Part shown: positions 55,781 to 64,000 of the stretch, piece after piece
How positions within the stretch are numbered: position 1 is the stretch's first letter
Layout of the letters: every line of letters begins with the position of its first letter
Virus record (IMG/VR): IMGVR_UViG_2938905056_000003
Coordinates: 3,426-67,425 of that record
DNA: 64,000 nucleotides
Strand: one strand, 5' to 3'
Source: a virus
Taxonomy: Duplodnaviria > Caudoviricetes
Program-made: the position numbers and the translations under genes
The notes under the pieces: generated by a model
Seen by the model: the letters and a program-made list of their open reading frames with translations, nothing else
Database searches by the model: none
Told to the model about the DNA's origin: nothing

Positions 55781-57175
55781 TTAGAAATCGAACTGTGCTG
55801 CCGCTGCTTCTCCGGCTTCTGGCTGCTTCACGACGCCGATTTGCGGCAAGTAGATAATCTCCGCGGACTCTCCTTCGCCACCGTCGCGCCCTTTATTTAG
55901 GCCGATCATGCCGCGCCCTTCCTTTGCGTTCGTATCAACCGCGATTAATAGCGCAGCATCTTCGAGCAAGGCTTTCGTTTTCTTAACGTCTTTACGCTGC
56001 GGCAATTTAAGTTCTCGCTCGCCATCTTCGCCCGCCTTTTCGTCTTCCTCATCCGCCTGGGTAATCGCAAAAATAGTCGCCTTTGTATGGCCCGCTAAAC
56101 GACGGAGCTTAATCGAGGTGTTTTCAGCATCTCCGCCGGTCTTTTTTGACGTATTAGCTTCGTAGTCTAAATAGTAAAAGGGGTCTACGAGCACCACGTC
56201 GGCCTTCGTTTCGATAATGTCCGATTTCAGATCGCGCAATGTACGAGAACCAAAGTCTTCGTCATCCACGCCGCGTACCGTAATGTTTCCCGGCAGTATA
56301 TCGTTAAGCCTTCCGAGGAATTCCATAAAGCCCGCTTCGAATTCTTCGTTTAGGTTTCCCTGGCGAACATCGCGCGAATTAAAGCCGGCCTCCATATTGA
56401 CGCCATTAAGAGTCGCAGTCGTAACGCCCAGGCTTCCGGAAATTGAAACGTATAGGCGCACTAACACTTCGTACCATCCCATTTCCATCGACCATATCAG
56501 AACGTTCGCCCCCTGCATTGCGCAGTTAACGACTTCCTCTAACGCAATGGCCGATTTACCACGCCCCGACTTTCCGTAAATAACGTAGACGTTGGACGAA
56601 ACATAGCCGCCCATAGCCCGATTAATAAAATCGAACTTGCTGCGCCAGATCCGGAAAGACTCGCCGGCCTTGCGGTTTTCGTATTCGGCTTTGAATTTAT
56701 CGATGTCGCGCTTGATGTCCGTCCCTACCGAATTTCGAACGTTTGTTCTCATTTTAAGACTTTCGGCCTGCTCCGTCAACCACTCGAAGAAACTTCCCAT
56801 ATCGCCGCTTTTTTGCGCCTCAATAAATCGCTTTTCGAGTTGCGGTTCTTGCACTTGGCGTCCAGTTTCCGGATCGATCCGACCGCTAACAAGCTCGATA
56901 AATTGGCGTTCTGCCGCCTGTTCCTTAAGGTTTTTCGCGAGGTAATCCCAGCTGGCTTCGATATTAAAGTCCGGCTGGAAGTCCGGCACTTCATTCGTAA
57001 CCATTTCGGCAGTCGGCGCTTGGCCTCGGTGCTGCTCGGCGTATTGCATGACATACCGGAAGGCTTTGCGTTCGCCTTGCGTTGGTAGGTCGTTTTCGGC
57101 GATGTTAAAACGCAATAGAGCGTTCGGATCGTTCGCTTCGATGGCTTTCGATATTAGTAAAGTCCCGTAGTTCAA
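55781..57175 (-). CDS. DnaB-like replicative helicase
   Basis: GKSGRGKS, SMEM, LVDP, ITQA, KGRDG. Confidence 0.9.
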   Translation of the reverse strand: MNYGTLLISKAIEANDPNALLRFNIAENDLPTQGERKAFRYVMQYAEQHRGQAPTAEMVTNEVPDFQPDFNIEASWDYLAKNLKEQAAERQFIELVSGRIDPETGRQVQEPQLEKRFIEAQKSGDMGSFFEWLTEQAESLKMRTNVRNSVGTDIKRDIDKFKAEYENRKAGESFRIWRSKFDFINRAMGGYVSSNVYVIYGKSGRGKSAIALEEVVNCAMQGANVLIWSMEMGWYEVLVRLYVSISGSLGVTTATLNGVNMEAGFNSRDVRQGNLNEEFEAGFMEFLGRLNDILPGNITVRGVDDEDFGSRTLRDLKSDIIETKADVVLVDPFYYLDYEANTSKKTGGDAENTSIKLRRLAGHTKATIFAITQADEEDEKAGEDGERELKLPQRKDVKKTKALLEDAALLIAVDTNAKEGRGMIGLNKGRDGGEGESAEIIYLPQIGVVKQPEAGEAAAAQFDF

Positions 57176-57552
57176 CCGCGATCAACTCCTTTTTGCGCAA
57201 GGTATTCCGCTTTTACCTCGTCGAAGGTTAATTCGTATTTCTTTACCAGGTAATCGAATAAATCTTCCTTCGCTACTACTTCGCCAGAGCAAAACGGACA
57301 AAACTTCGGATCAATGCCGGAATCTTCAATTATATCGTCTATCTCGTAGTCTTCCGGATCGATTTCGTACTCTTCAATTTGATCTTCGGAACCGTCATAT
57401 CTTACTCCGTAGTCATAAGCGTAGCTCGATCCGATATAGTCATTCACAACGCAGCAAGTGCCGAGAGTGTGCCCACAAGAACCGCAATGATCAACGTATT
57501 CCTCGTATCTGCTATCTCCGCAACAATCACACGCATAAAATTCGACTCCCAT
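57172..57552 (-). CDS. Cys-rich acidic protein
   Basis: CDCC, CGSC, CC, CPFC. Confidence 0.65.
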   Translation of the reverse strand: MGVEFYACDCCGDSRYEEYVDHCGSCGHTLGTCCVVNDYIGSSYAYDYGVRYDGSEDQIEEYEIDPEDYEIDDIIEDSGIDPKFCPFCSGEVVAKEDLFDYLVKKYELTFDEVKAEYLAQKGVDRG

Positions 57553-58064
57553 TATTCGCCCGCCTCCCGTTTCAATTTCGTCATCACAGCGTCAGCATAC
57601 GTTTTATAATCCTCATCTCCGATTAATTCATATAACGTCATTAGGTCGATATATTTATCGAGAAGTTCGTCAGTCTCCCGTTTGCGTTTCGCCACCTCTT
57701 GCGCACTTGCCGCCCGCGCCGTCTTCGGCGTTTCTTTCGGTTCTTTCGCCATCCCAACCGCCTCCTCTTTCGCGAAGTTGATTTCCGTAAAGTGAAACGA
57801 CGTGTTTGTCGGCTCCGGATAGTTCGTCATGTCATACGTCATCAAGAAATCTTCCGACGCCGCCTTCCGACAGACCAAACGCAGGTCATCGCTATCGGCT
57901 TCGAGCCATTCGCCGTTAATCGCGTCGGTAAGGTCATACTCGACGTAATCAAAGGCGCCGTATTCTTCGTGCTGCGTTACTTCGCGCCAGCAATCAACGT
58001 AGAAAATCCGATCTTTGTATCCGTCTACTGCGACAATATCTCCGATAGCGAATTTCGGTTTCAT
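57552..58064 (-). CDS. Hypothetical phage protein
   Basis: PKFAIGD N-terminus; DELLDKY..L...GDEDYK C-terminus. Confidence 0.65.
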   Translation of the reverse strand: MKPKFAIGDIVAVDGYKDRIFYVDCWREVTQHEEYGAFDYVEYDLTDAINGEWLEADSDDLRLVCRKAASEDFLMTYDMTNYPEPTNTSFHFTEINFAKEEAVGMAKEPKETPKTARAASAQEVAKRKRETDELLDKYIDLMTLYELIGDEDYKTYADAVMTKLKREAGE

Positions 58065-58876
58065 CTACGCATCCCCCTTTTCGATTCACCTACGAATTCA
58101 ATCTCGCGGCACAGGTCGCCAATACGGTTTGCAAGGCGCTCCTCTCCGAATAAATTAGGGAGTTCATCAAGCCCAATATTACTCGTATAGACTGTCGGCA
58201 ATTGGTTCGTAACCCTCGCGTTTACCAGACTGTGTAGATCACCGCGAAATGCTTGCGTACAGTCTCGCACACCTATATCGTCTAACACTACAAACGGAAC
58301 TTTCTGCGCTATCTCTAAGGAACGGTAATAACGTGCGGCTGCTTTTTCCGCGATATCCTTCGGAGCTCCGTTTCGTGTGAACGTATTATAATCGGTCTGC
58401 CAATCGTGTACATCTAGAAAATAAGCCGGTCGTTGCAACGGCTCAATTCCGCGTCTTAACGATCCGCTATAATGAACGCGAATCCATTCGTTCAACAATG
58501 CGGATGCAGTCGTTGTTTTCCCGTTGCCTTTTTTCGGACTATAAAGATAGAGTGATTTAATCCGTTCTGATGGCGCTATCATCCCGTCTTGCTGATCGAA
58601 TTGCCGCTCGAAAGACTTTACGTAAGCTTCCGCCATAGTCGTTACGCTTTCCTTTATAACGGACGGCTTCCGTTCCTTTATATAAATGGCGCCGCGCGCC
58701 GGCGAATTCTTAAGCGTCACCAGCCGGTACTCACGCGGAAGCCCTGCCGCCGCCGACCGTCCGCCGTTACCGCTGACGCCGTGCATTGCGATGAAATACG
58801 GACAGTGTTGCGTGCAGGCGCTGGATCCCGCCGCTTTACATCCGTTAGCAAGTACGCAATTATTTTCGTTAGTCAT
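58061..58876 (-). CDS. DnaC/IstB-like helicase loader ATPase
   Basis: GNGKTT, VLDDIG, TVYTSN. Confidence 0.85.
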   Translation of the reverse strand: MTNENNCVLANGCKAAGSSACTQHCPYFIAMHGVSGNGGRSAAAGLPREYRLVTLKNSPARGAIYIKERKPSVIKESVTTMAEAYVKSFERQFDQQDGMIAPSERIKSLYLYSPKKGNGKTTTASALLNEWIRVHYSGSLRRGIEPLQRPAYFLDVHDWQTDYNTFTRNGAPKDIAEKAAARYYRSLEIAQKVPFVVLDDIGVRDCTQAFRGDLHSLVNARVTNQLPTVYTSNIGLDELPNLFGEERLANRIGDLCREIEFVGESKRGMRR

Positions 58877-59044
58877 ATTCGCGGACCTCCTTTCGTTATC
58901 TCTTACGCAGAATAAACTCCGCTTTTACTTCCCTATTCCATGGGCTGCATACGAACTTTCCGTTTGTAGCCTTATAGCCCTTAAGTTCAAGCCACAGGAC
59001 CATTGCTTCGACGATCTCCTCCTGACTCATCGTATATTTCACGT

Positions 59045-59797
59045 TCATTCGCCAACCTCTTCGCGTGAGTCGTCGATAATCGTTAGGTCAGCGCTGTTGA
59101 TAAAGTCGTAACCGCCCTCAACATAATGGTATCTATCCTCCGAAATTTCTTTTATCGTTACATCATAACTGCCACCTTTCCATCTGTTCCTATGCCGGCA
59201 GTAAACCTCCTTGTACTTTCCACGAACAACGTCACCCACACGAACCTCTGTCGGCTGTGGCGCGTTCAAGTATTCGTCCGGCACAGCCAAGCCTAGCGCA
59301 CGTCTTAGCGCGATTGCTTTACCGATATGAACGTTGAAACAGTCGGACGGTGCGGTTTTGGCGATTCCTTTTGCTACGATTTGACCATCCGCAATCCACC
59401 GTAAAATTGTGACTACGGTTCTTTTCTCGCAATTTACGATAAATTCTGCTTTTGTATTCCGTCCATAAGCGTAGTAGTAACCGTATTTATTCGCCAATTC
59501 CTCAGCGTCCGCCTTCGCCTGCTCAACGATCTCATCACGGCAGGCTTTTGCTTGCGCACCGGGCTTCCATAAACGTTCCTCTAGCGTCGTACAAACCGGA
59601 GTCGTTACCGTATTTACATCGCCAGGTATAATAACAACGTCTTGATTCGTTTTTGCATAGTGAACTACGAATCTATAAGAATATGCTCCGCCAATAACGA
59701 TATCTCCAAAACGAGATTTATAACCGAAATATTTATCGTCCTTCTTTTCAAATACCGTATTCGCATTATTGATTACCGTTTGATTTACGTTTTCCAT
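59045..59797 (-). CDS. Hypothetical phage protein
   Basis: GIAK.AP.DCFNVHIGKAIALRRALG..PQPTEVRVGD motif. Confidence 0.7.
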   Translation of the reverse strand: MENVNQTVINNANTVFEKKDDKYFGYKSRFGDIVIGGAYSYRFVVHYAKTNQDVVIIPGDVNTVTTPVCTTLEERLWKPGAQAKACRDEIVEQAKADAEELANKYGYYYAYGRNTKAEFIVNCEKRTVVTILRWIADGQIVAKGIAKTAPSDCFNVHIGKAIALRRALGLAVPDEYLNAPQPTEVRVGDVVRGKYKEVYCRHRNRWKGGSYDVTIKEISEDRYHYVEGGYDFINSADLTIIDDSREEVGE

Positions 59798-59825
59798 TCC
59801 GTCAGCCTCCTCGTATTTGTTTTCG

Positions 59826-60206
59826 TTAAAACCACGTATTATCTACGCCTTCATTGCGCTCGGCTCTTTGCTGTTCGGCTGCCAGACCGCTCGCCGCCCG
59901 CTGTAAATTTCGTCCCATGAACGTCTGCATAAATCCGAAGCTCAAGCCCGGATATTCAAGCGACGGTTTATATTCCGCGAAGCACAGATCGATAAAGCGT
60001 TTCGTTAGTTCCGGACCATACGCGCCCGGCTTACGTTTAGTGCCGACCCATCGTCCGAGCATTCCCGCTTCGGCTTGGTAGCCGCGAAAAGGTACGTACG
60101 GGACGCCGTAGAGCCGTTCGTGCTCCGCTTTGAGGTACGCCTGGAAATCGCGCGTATTCCACTTGGCGACAGGCTTTGATTCATACGTTGTCATCTTCGT
60201 CACCAC
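59826..60206 (-). CDS. Hypothetical replication-region protein
   Basis: WNTRDFQAYL..YGVPYVP; upstream of loader. Confidence 0.65.
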   Translation of the reverse strand: MVTKMTTYESKPVAKWNTRDFQAYLKAEHERLYGVPYVPFRGYQAEAGMLGRWVGTKRKPGAYGPELTKRFIDLCFAEYKPSLEYPGLSFGFMQTFMGRNLQRAASGLAAEQQRAERNEGVDNTWF

Positions 60207-60537
60207 CTGCGCAGTAATTACAAAATGCTACTCCGTTATTAACCGACCAGTCCCTCCCTAATTCGTCGCCACAATCAGCGCATCTGCAGCTCGATATTAT
60301 TTCCCTCAACCGCTCATTCTCGCCAATCAAATCCGCCACAGCACAACGTAAGTTTTGATTATACTCGACAACCTTTTCGACCTTTTCACGGAAGTCTTTA
60401 AACGCGGCTACCTTCTCCTTCGCTAATTCGCGCACCTCACTAATTTCCTTACTTATGTCGAATCCCGAATCGGCCATTTCTCGCATCGCCCTTACGTCAG
60501 CTCTAAGCTGATCCGTAGCGTTTCCGTATTTATCCAT
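60181..60537 (-). CDS. Coiled-coil/zinc-finger protein
   Basis: CADC..CNYC. Confidence 0.6.
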   Translation of the reverse strand: MDKYGNATDQLRADVRAMREMADSGFDISKEISEVRELAKEKVAAFKDFREKVEKVVEYNQNLRCAVADLIGENERLREIISSCRCADCGDELGRDWSVNNGVAFCNYCAGGDEDDNV

Positions 60538-60572
60538 GTTTTCGCCGCCTCTCCGCCGTTTTATCGTCTACC

Positions 60573-60896
60573 CTACCGAATACCCTCGACCGTCAGTAAC
60601 GCCGCTAATTCGCCGCGAAATTCCCGTATTAATCGTGCTAATTCCGCCAGCGATTGCGCATTCGAAGACCGCAGTCGGCGATTCATTACGTCCAGCAGCG
60701 CACGTTCGACCGTCGAGTGATACGCCACCTCGCGCCACTTTTCCTGCGGCGTTGGATTGGCGTCCGGATTTTCGGCGAGGCGCTTCGCCCAGTTCGGCGC
60801 TTTCGTCGGGTCGCTGAAGTAGCGCTCCTTTACGATGATATTGCGTTCGTCTGACGTGAGTTGGTAATCGGGTGATACCGGAATGTTAATCGTCAT
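60573..60896 (-). CDS. Hypothetical phage protein
   Basis: AAAGGAG RBS; YQLTSD..NIIV..W..VAYH. Confidence 0.7.
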   Translation of the reverse strand: MTINIPVSPDYQLTSDERNIIVKERYFSDPTKAPNWAKRLAENPDANPTPQEKWREVAYHSTVERALLDVMNRRLRSSNAQSLAELARLIREFRGELAALLTVEGIR

Positions 60897-61119
60897 GGTT
60901 ATCGTTACTCCTTTCGTTAATTAGTCGCAATACCTTTTCTTTGAGGTCGAATACAGTTCCGCTATATTCGCCTTCGATACTAATTGAATCTTTCGTATCC
61001 AGTTTATTTAAGCCGTCGAGTATAAGGATTAATTCCAATTCATTAAACACCCTTCTCATCCTTCCATTTATTATTAAGACCTAGCAATCGTTCGCTTTCG
61101 CTCCCTCTTGCAGATGTTC

Positions 61120-61290
61120 TTTATCGCGATAAAATTCTTTTAATTAATAAATATCTGCGCGAAAGGTTTTTAATTGAGCGCTATTATTAGTTTAGTTAAA
61201 TAAGTCTAGTTAAATGAGTTTAGTTCGTCTTCAAACTGTGAAGTACCTTACTTCACATCTTGCAGGGGGCTATTATCGTTTTTTGAAGTG
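61120..61290. repeat. Iteron array C plus conserved element
   Basis: TTTATCGCGATAAA, ATATCTGCG, GCGCTATTATT at 61120-61188; CTTCA-N5-TG(A/C)AG at 61229, 61251 and a degenerate third near 61274. Confidence 0.75.
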
Positions 61291-61625
61291 CCGCCCGCCA
61301 CGAACCAATCCGGAGGCTCCCATAACGTATATTCATTCGAAGTTTGCCCGTTTCCATTCTTGCGTTCTTTGACGTCAATGAGTTCGAGTTCCTTAAGTCT
61401 ACGCAATGCTGCCCGAACCGTATTCGTTGAGCATCGGCATTTATCCGCGATAGTCTGAACGCTTGGGTGCGACTTCTTACTCGTATTGTCTGCGTGGAAA
61501 CAAAGTACGGCGTATACGAGTTTCTGTACCGGCTTATCTAAATACGTTTCGTCTGCGATAACCGACTTCGTAACACGTACGAATCTGTGGTCGTGAAAGT
61601 CGATCGGACGCTTGGCGTTTGTCAT
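61248..61625 (-). CDS. Rep-like winged HTH protein (HTH_36-like)
   Basis: KLVYAVLCFHADN..SHPSVQTIADKCRCSTNTVRAALRRLKELELI..SNEYTL. Confidence 0.85.
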   Translation of the reverse strand: MTNAKRPIDFHDHRFVRVTKSVIADETYLDKPVQKLVYAVLCFHADNTSKKSHPSVQTIADKCRCSTNTVRAALRRLKELELIDVKERKNGNGQTSNEYTLWEPPDWFVAGGTSKNDNSPLQDVK

Positions 61626-61628
61626 ATC

Positions 61629-62333
61629 TCATACCCCTTTCATAAACTTTTCGAAGTCCCATTTGTTTGCGTTATCCTTTCCGAAGATTGCATGATAACG
61701 ACGGTGGCATTTTTCGCAGAATGTAGCACCATTATCTATATCTGTTCTACCTTCTGGATTATTCGTGTACGATTCAATATGGTGGACATGCAGATTATCA
61801 GGGCAGCCACACTTAACACAGACGTACTTATCACGCTTCTTCACTTGTTTAATGAAAGTCGTATATCCTGCGATGTTTCTGTTACGGATCTTCTCCTCTT
61901 CTGATATCTCCTTAAAGATTAGTAATTTAGAATCTTCTCTTTTGTTTGGTGGAGAGATTAGTTGATTAGCCCTGAGAGAGTACTTATTTGTTTTCTGTTT
62001 ATACCGGATGGTTATAGGTTGCTTAACGACTAACGGACGCCCCTGCCAACGATAATCACACAGCGCCTTGATGCGTCTGTTTGCTGATTCTCGGCTGAGG
62101 TTTAGCGCGCCGGCTATCTGGTCCTGCGTCGGATAACATTCGCCGTTAGCGTTCATGAACGAAGACAGTACGCAAAGTGTCTGCCAGCGCTCCGCTCCGA
62201 TGTCCGCGATAAGCCCTTTCTTAACGGCATCGACGTACATCTTAACGAAGATACGCGTTTCGGACTTGCCTGACGTTATGTTATATTCCGATTGAGATTC
62301 GACGGATACGAGCCGTTGATGTTCGTTTGTCAT
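61629..62333 (-). CDS. Rep-like HTH fused to HNH endonuclease
   Basis: CYPTQDQIAGALNLSRESANRRIKAL then RDKYVCVKC..LHVHHI..NGATFCEKCH. Confidence 0.8.
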   Translation of the reverse strand: MTNEHQRLVSVESQSEYNITSGKSETRIFVKMYVDAVKKGLIADIGAERWQTLCVLSSFMNANGECYPTQDQIAGALNLSRESANRRIKALCDYRWQGRPLVVKQPITIRYKQKTNKYSLRANQLISPPNKREDSKLLIFKEISEEEKIRNRNIAGYTTFIKQVKKRDKYVCVKCGCPDNLHVHHIESYTNNPEGRTDIDNGATFCEKCHRRYHAIFGKDNANKWDFEKFMKGV

Positions 62334-62339
62334 TCGTAA

Positions 62340-62810
62340 TCACCCCGCAATCTCTTTCGTTGTAACTTCCGGAAAATTTGTGTAATCCGAAAAGTATAAC
62401 GGTTGTTTTCCTTGGCCATAACCGTTCGTATCAACTACCTCTCGAAGCATGATCGAAATTTGCGAACGACCTTGCCATACTTCGTAAGGTAGATACGCAA
62501 CTCCCCGGCTCTCTAAATCAACGATCGCTAGAATGTCGTAGTCACTTTTCGTATACGGCCGGCTGACTCCGTTTGATTTTCTGTTATCGATAATCATACG
62601 GTACCCGTCGTGCTCCATCTTCGTCTTAACCTGTATTTTTACGAATGATCCGTTAATGTCCGCAACCAGATCGTAATGTGTCCACGGAATATCCGGACTT
62701 AGGCTAACGATCTCTTTCTTCGCTAAATCTGCTCGAACGATATTCTCGGCTGCGTATCCGTAAAAGTTTCGTTTACTTATTGCGTTGCCCATCCGACCAC
62801 CTCCGTTCAT
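62340..62810 (-). CDS. PD-(D/E)XK endonuclease-like protein
   Basis: G.AAE..V..DL..YDLV..KIQVKT..Y...DYD. Confidence 0.75.
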   Translation of the reverse strand: MNGGGRMGNAISKRNFYGYAAENIVRADLAKKEIVSLSPDIPWTHYDLVADINGSFVKIQVKTKMEHDGYRMIIDNRKSNGVSRPYTKSDYDILAIVDLESRGVAYLPYEVWQGRSQISIMLREVVDTNGYGQGKQPLYFSDYTNFPEVTTKEIAG

Positions 62811-62825
62811 TTCGCCCTACACTTT

Positions 62826-62859
62826 TATAACGGGTAGGCCACCGTCAATTTTGCGACAT
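62826..62859 (-). promoter_or_regulatory. Candidate phage-sigma promoter, copy 2
   Basis: ATGTCGCAAAA-N10-CCTACCCGTTATA. Confidence 0.6.
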
Positions 62860-62922
62860 TCGAATTAAAACTTTTTACAACCGATAATATGCACGCCAAA
62901 TAAATACCGCGCAAAAATGGAC

Positions 62923-62952
62923 GAAAAAAAGCCGCTGAACTTAATCAGCGAC
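62923..62952 (-). terminator. Terminator after integrase
   Basis: GTCGCTGA-ttaagt-TCAGCGGC-TTTTTTT. Confidence 0.75.
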
Positions 62953-64000
62953 GTAAAAATTTTCGTATTGGTGAGTATTTATTATGCTGCGCCTTCACGT
63001 CAGCGTTACTCATCTGAACGTATTTGCGCGTTGTTTTAATATCGGCGTGGTCGAGGATTTTCTGTAGCGTAAATATATCGCCACCATTTAATAGATAGTT
63101 TCTTGCGAAGGTATGCCGGAACATGTGCGGATGCAACTCGTCTAATTTAAGGCGGACTTTCATACGATTCAACCGTTTCCTAAACGCATCAGCAGTGAAC
63201 GGATCTCCATACGCATTCATAAATACTTGATCGGGCTCTCCGAAATATTGGCGTATCTCTTCGTAAAGTTCCCGGACCATTCTGCCGACTTCTCGCGAAA
63301 TAGGAATCTCGCGTTCTTTCCGATTTTTCGCAATCTGTGACGGAACCAATACGGACATACTACGGAAATCAAATTGCGAAATGTGGACCGAAACGGCTTC
63401 TTCTGGCCTGAGCCCTGTATCTAACATTAAGTACATTAAAACCTTGTCGCGCCATTCCGCAAATTGCCGGTCATCAAGCGCGTTGAAAATCTTACCGATC
63501 TCTTCATCTGTCAGTCCGCGAACTTCTTTTTGCTGATCATCGCGAACAGGCTTAACGGATTCCATCGCGTTTTTTCCGGTAATACCTTCCGCATACCAAA
63601 AACGGCACATCGTCTTTAGCGTTCGCAATCGCATATTAATCGTATTGACGGACAATCCTTCACGCTCTACTACTTTTCGGTGTTCTGCGCCTTCATACGG
63701 ACGCCTGTCTTTCCGCAGGTAGTTAATATATGCGCGAATAATTTGCGCTGTTAAAGCGTTAATGTCCTCGATAACTTCCGGGCATTCCTCCGATAAAAAT
63801 TCGCGCAAATACGAAATGTGCTGCCGGTAATCTTTAATCGTTCGAGGCCGGAGTCCTTCCGCTTCTTTTGCTTGTACGAATATTTCCAACGCCTCTTCTA
63901 GCGAATATTTAACGTCAACGAGCGTACGTCGGTCTTCCGGAGACCGTTGGACTCCTCGACTAGCCGTCGGACGTCTTTCCGTAATAAATTTTCGTGCCAC
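62945..64000 (-). CDS. Tyrosine recombinase/integrase
   Basis: TGLR..E, K, HPHMFRHTFA, LDH..I.TT..Y; start at window edge uncertain. Confidence 0.9.
   Translation of the reverse strand: MARKFITERRPTASRGVQRSPEDRRTLVDVKYSLEEALEIFVQAKEAEGLRPRTIKDYRQHISYLREFLSEECPEVIEDINALTAQIIRAYINYLRKDRRPYEGAEHRKVVEREGLSVNTINMRLRTLKTMCRFWYAEGITGKNAMESVKPVRDDQQKEVRGLTDEEIGKIFNALDDRQFAEWRDKVLMYLMLDTGLRPEEAVSVHISQFDFRSMSVLVPSQIAKNRKEREIPISREVGRMVRELYEEIRQYFGEPDQVFMNAYGDPFTADAFRKRLNRMKVRLKLDELHPHMFRHTFARNYLLNGGDIFTLQKILDHADIKTTRKYVQMSNADVKAQHNKYSPIRKFLRR

Larger units (their letters stand above)
1..64000. mobile_element. Temperate Bacillus siphovirus prophage (ends not visible)
   Basis: Complete integration, replication, packaging, head, tail and lysis modules; no host housekeeping genes. 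Confidence 0.9.

Noticed and set aside
62945-64000. att sites
   Set aside because: Prophage ends lie outside the window; no matching core repeat identifiable.

Overview
The whole window is one temperate Bacillus (subtilis-group-like) siphovirus prophage, almost all on the minus strand and probably extending past both edges. From right to left it has: a tyrosine integrase; early/replication genes (Rep-like HTHs, DnaC-like loader, DnaB helicase, primase); an arbitrium locus (XRE, aimR, an unannotated 42-aa aimP ending DIRIGA, then a sigma-like gene); SSB, PolA, DnaQ-like and RuvC-like genes; nrdI/E/F, dut, thyX and a C5 methyltransferase; a ~6 kb mostly plus-strand accessory island (GT2, poly-gamma-glutamate hydrolase, beta-helix protein, micro-peptides); HNH/terminase/portal/ClpP/capsid (with a +1 frameshift FN3-Ig extension); tail genes (with a -1 frameshift chaperone); and a lysis cassette. 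Most notable unexplained structure: (i) three copies of a module made of a truncated Rep-like HTH gene, its own palindromic iteron array and a conserved non-coding element, one copy apparently split by the island; (ii) an orphan type I antitoxin-like sRNA with no toxin ORF; (iii) arbitrium apparently wired to a phage sigma factor, with an antisense promoter/hairpin and a conserved candidate phage promoter motif. All product calls come from motif recognition by eye; no database searches were run.
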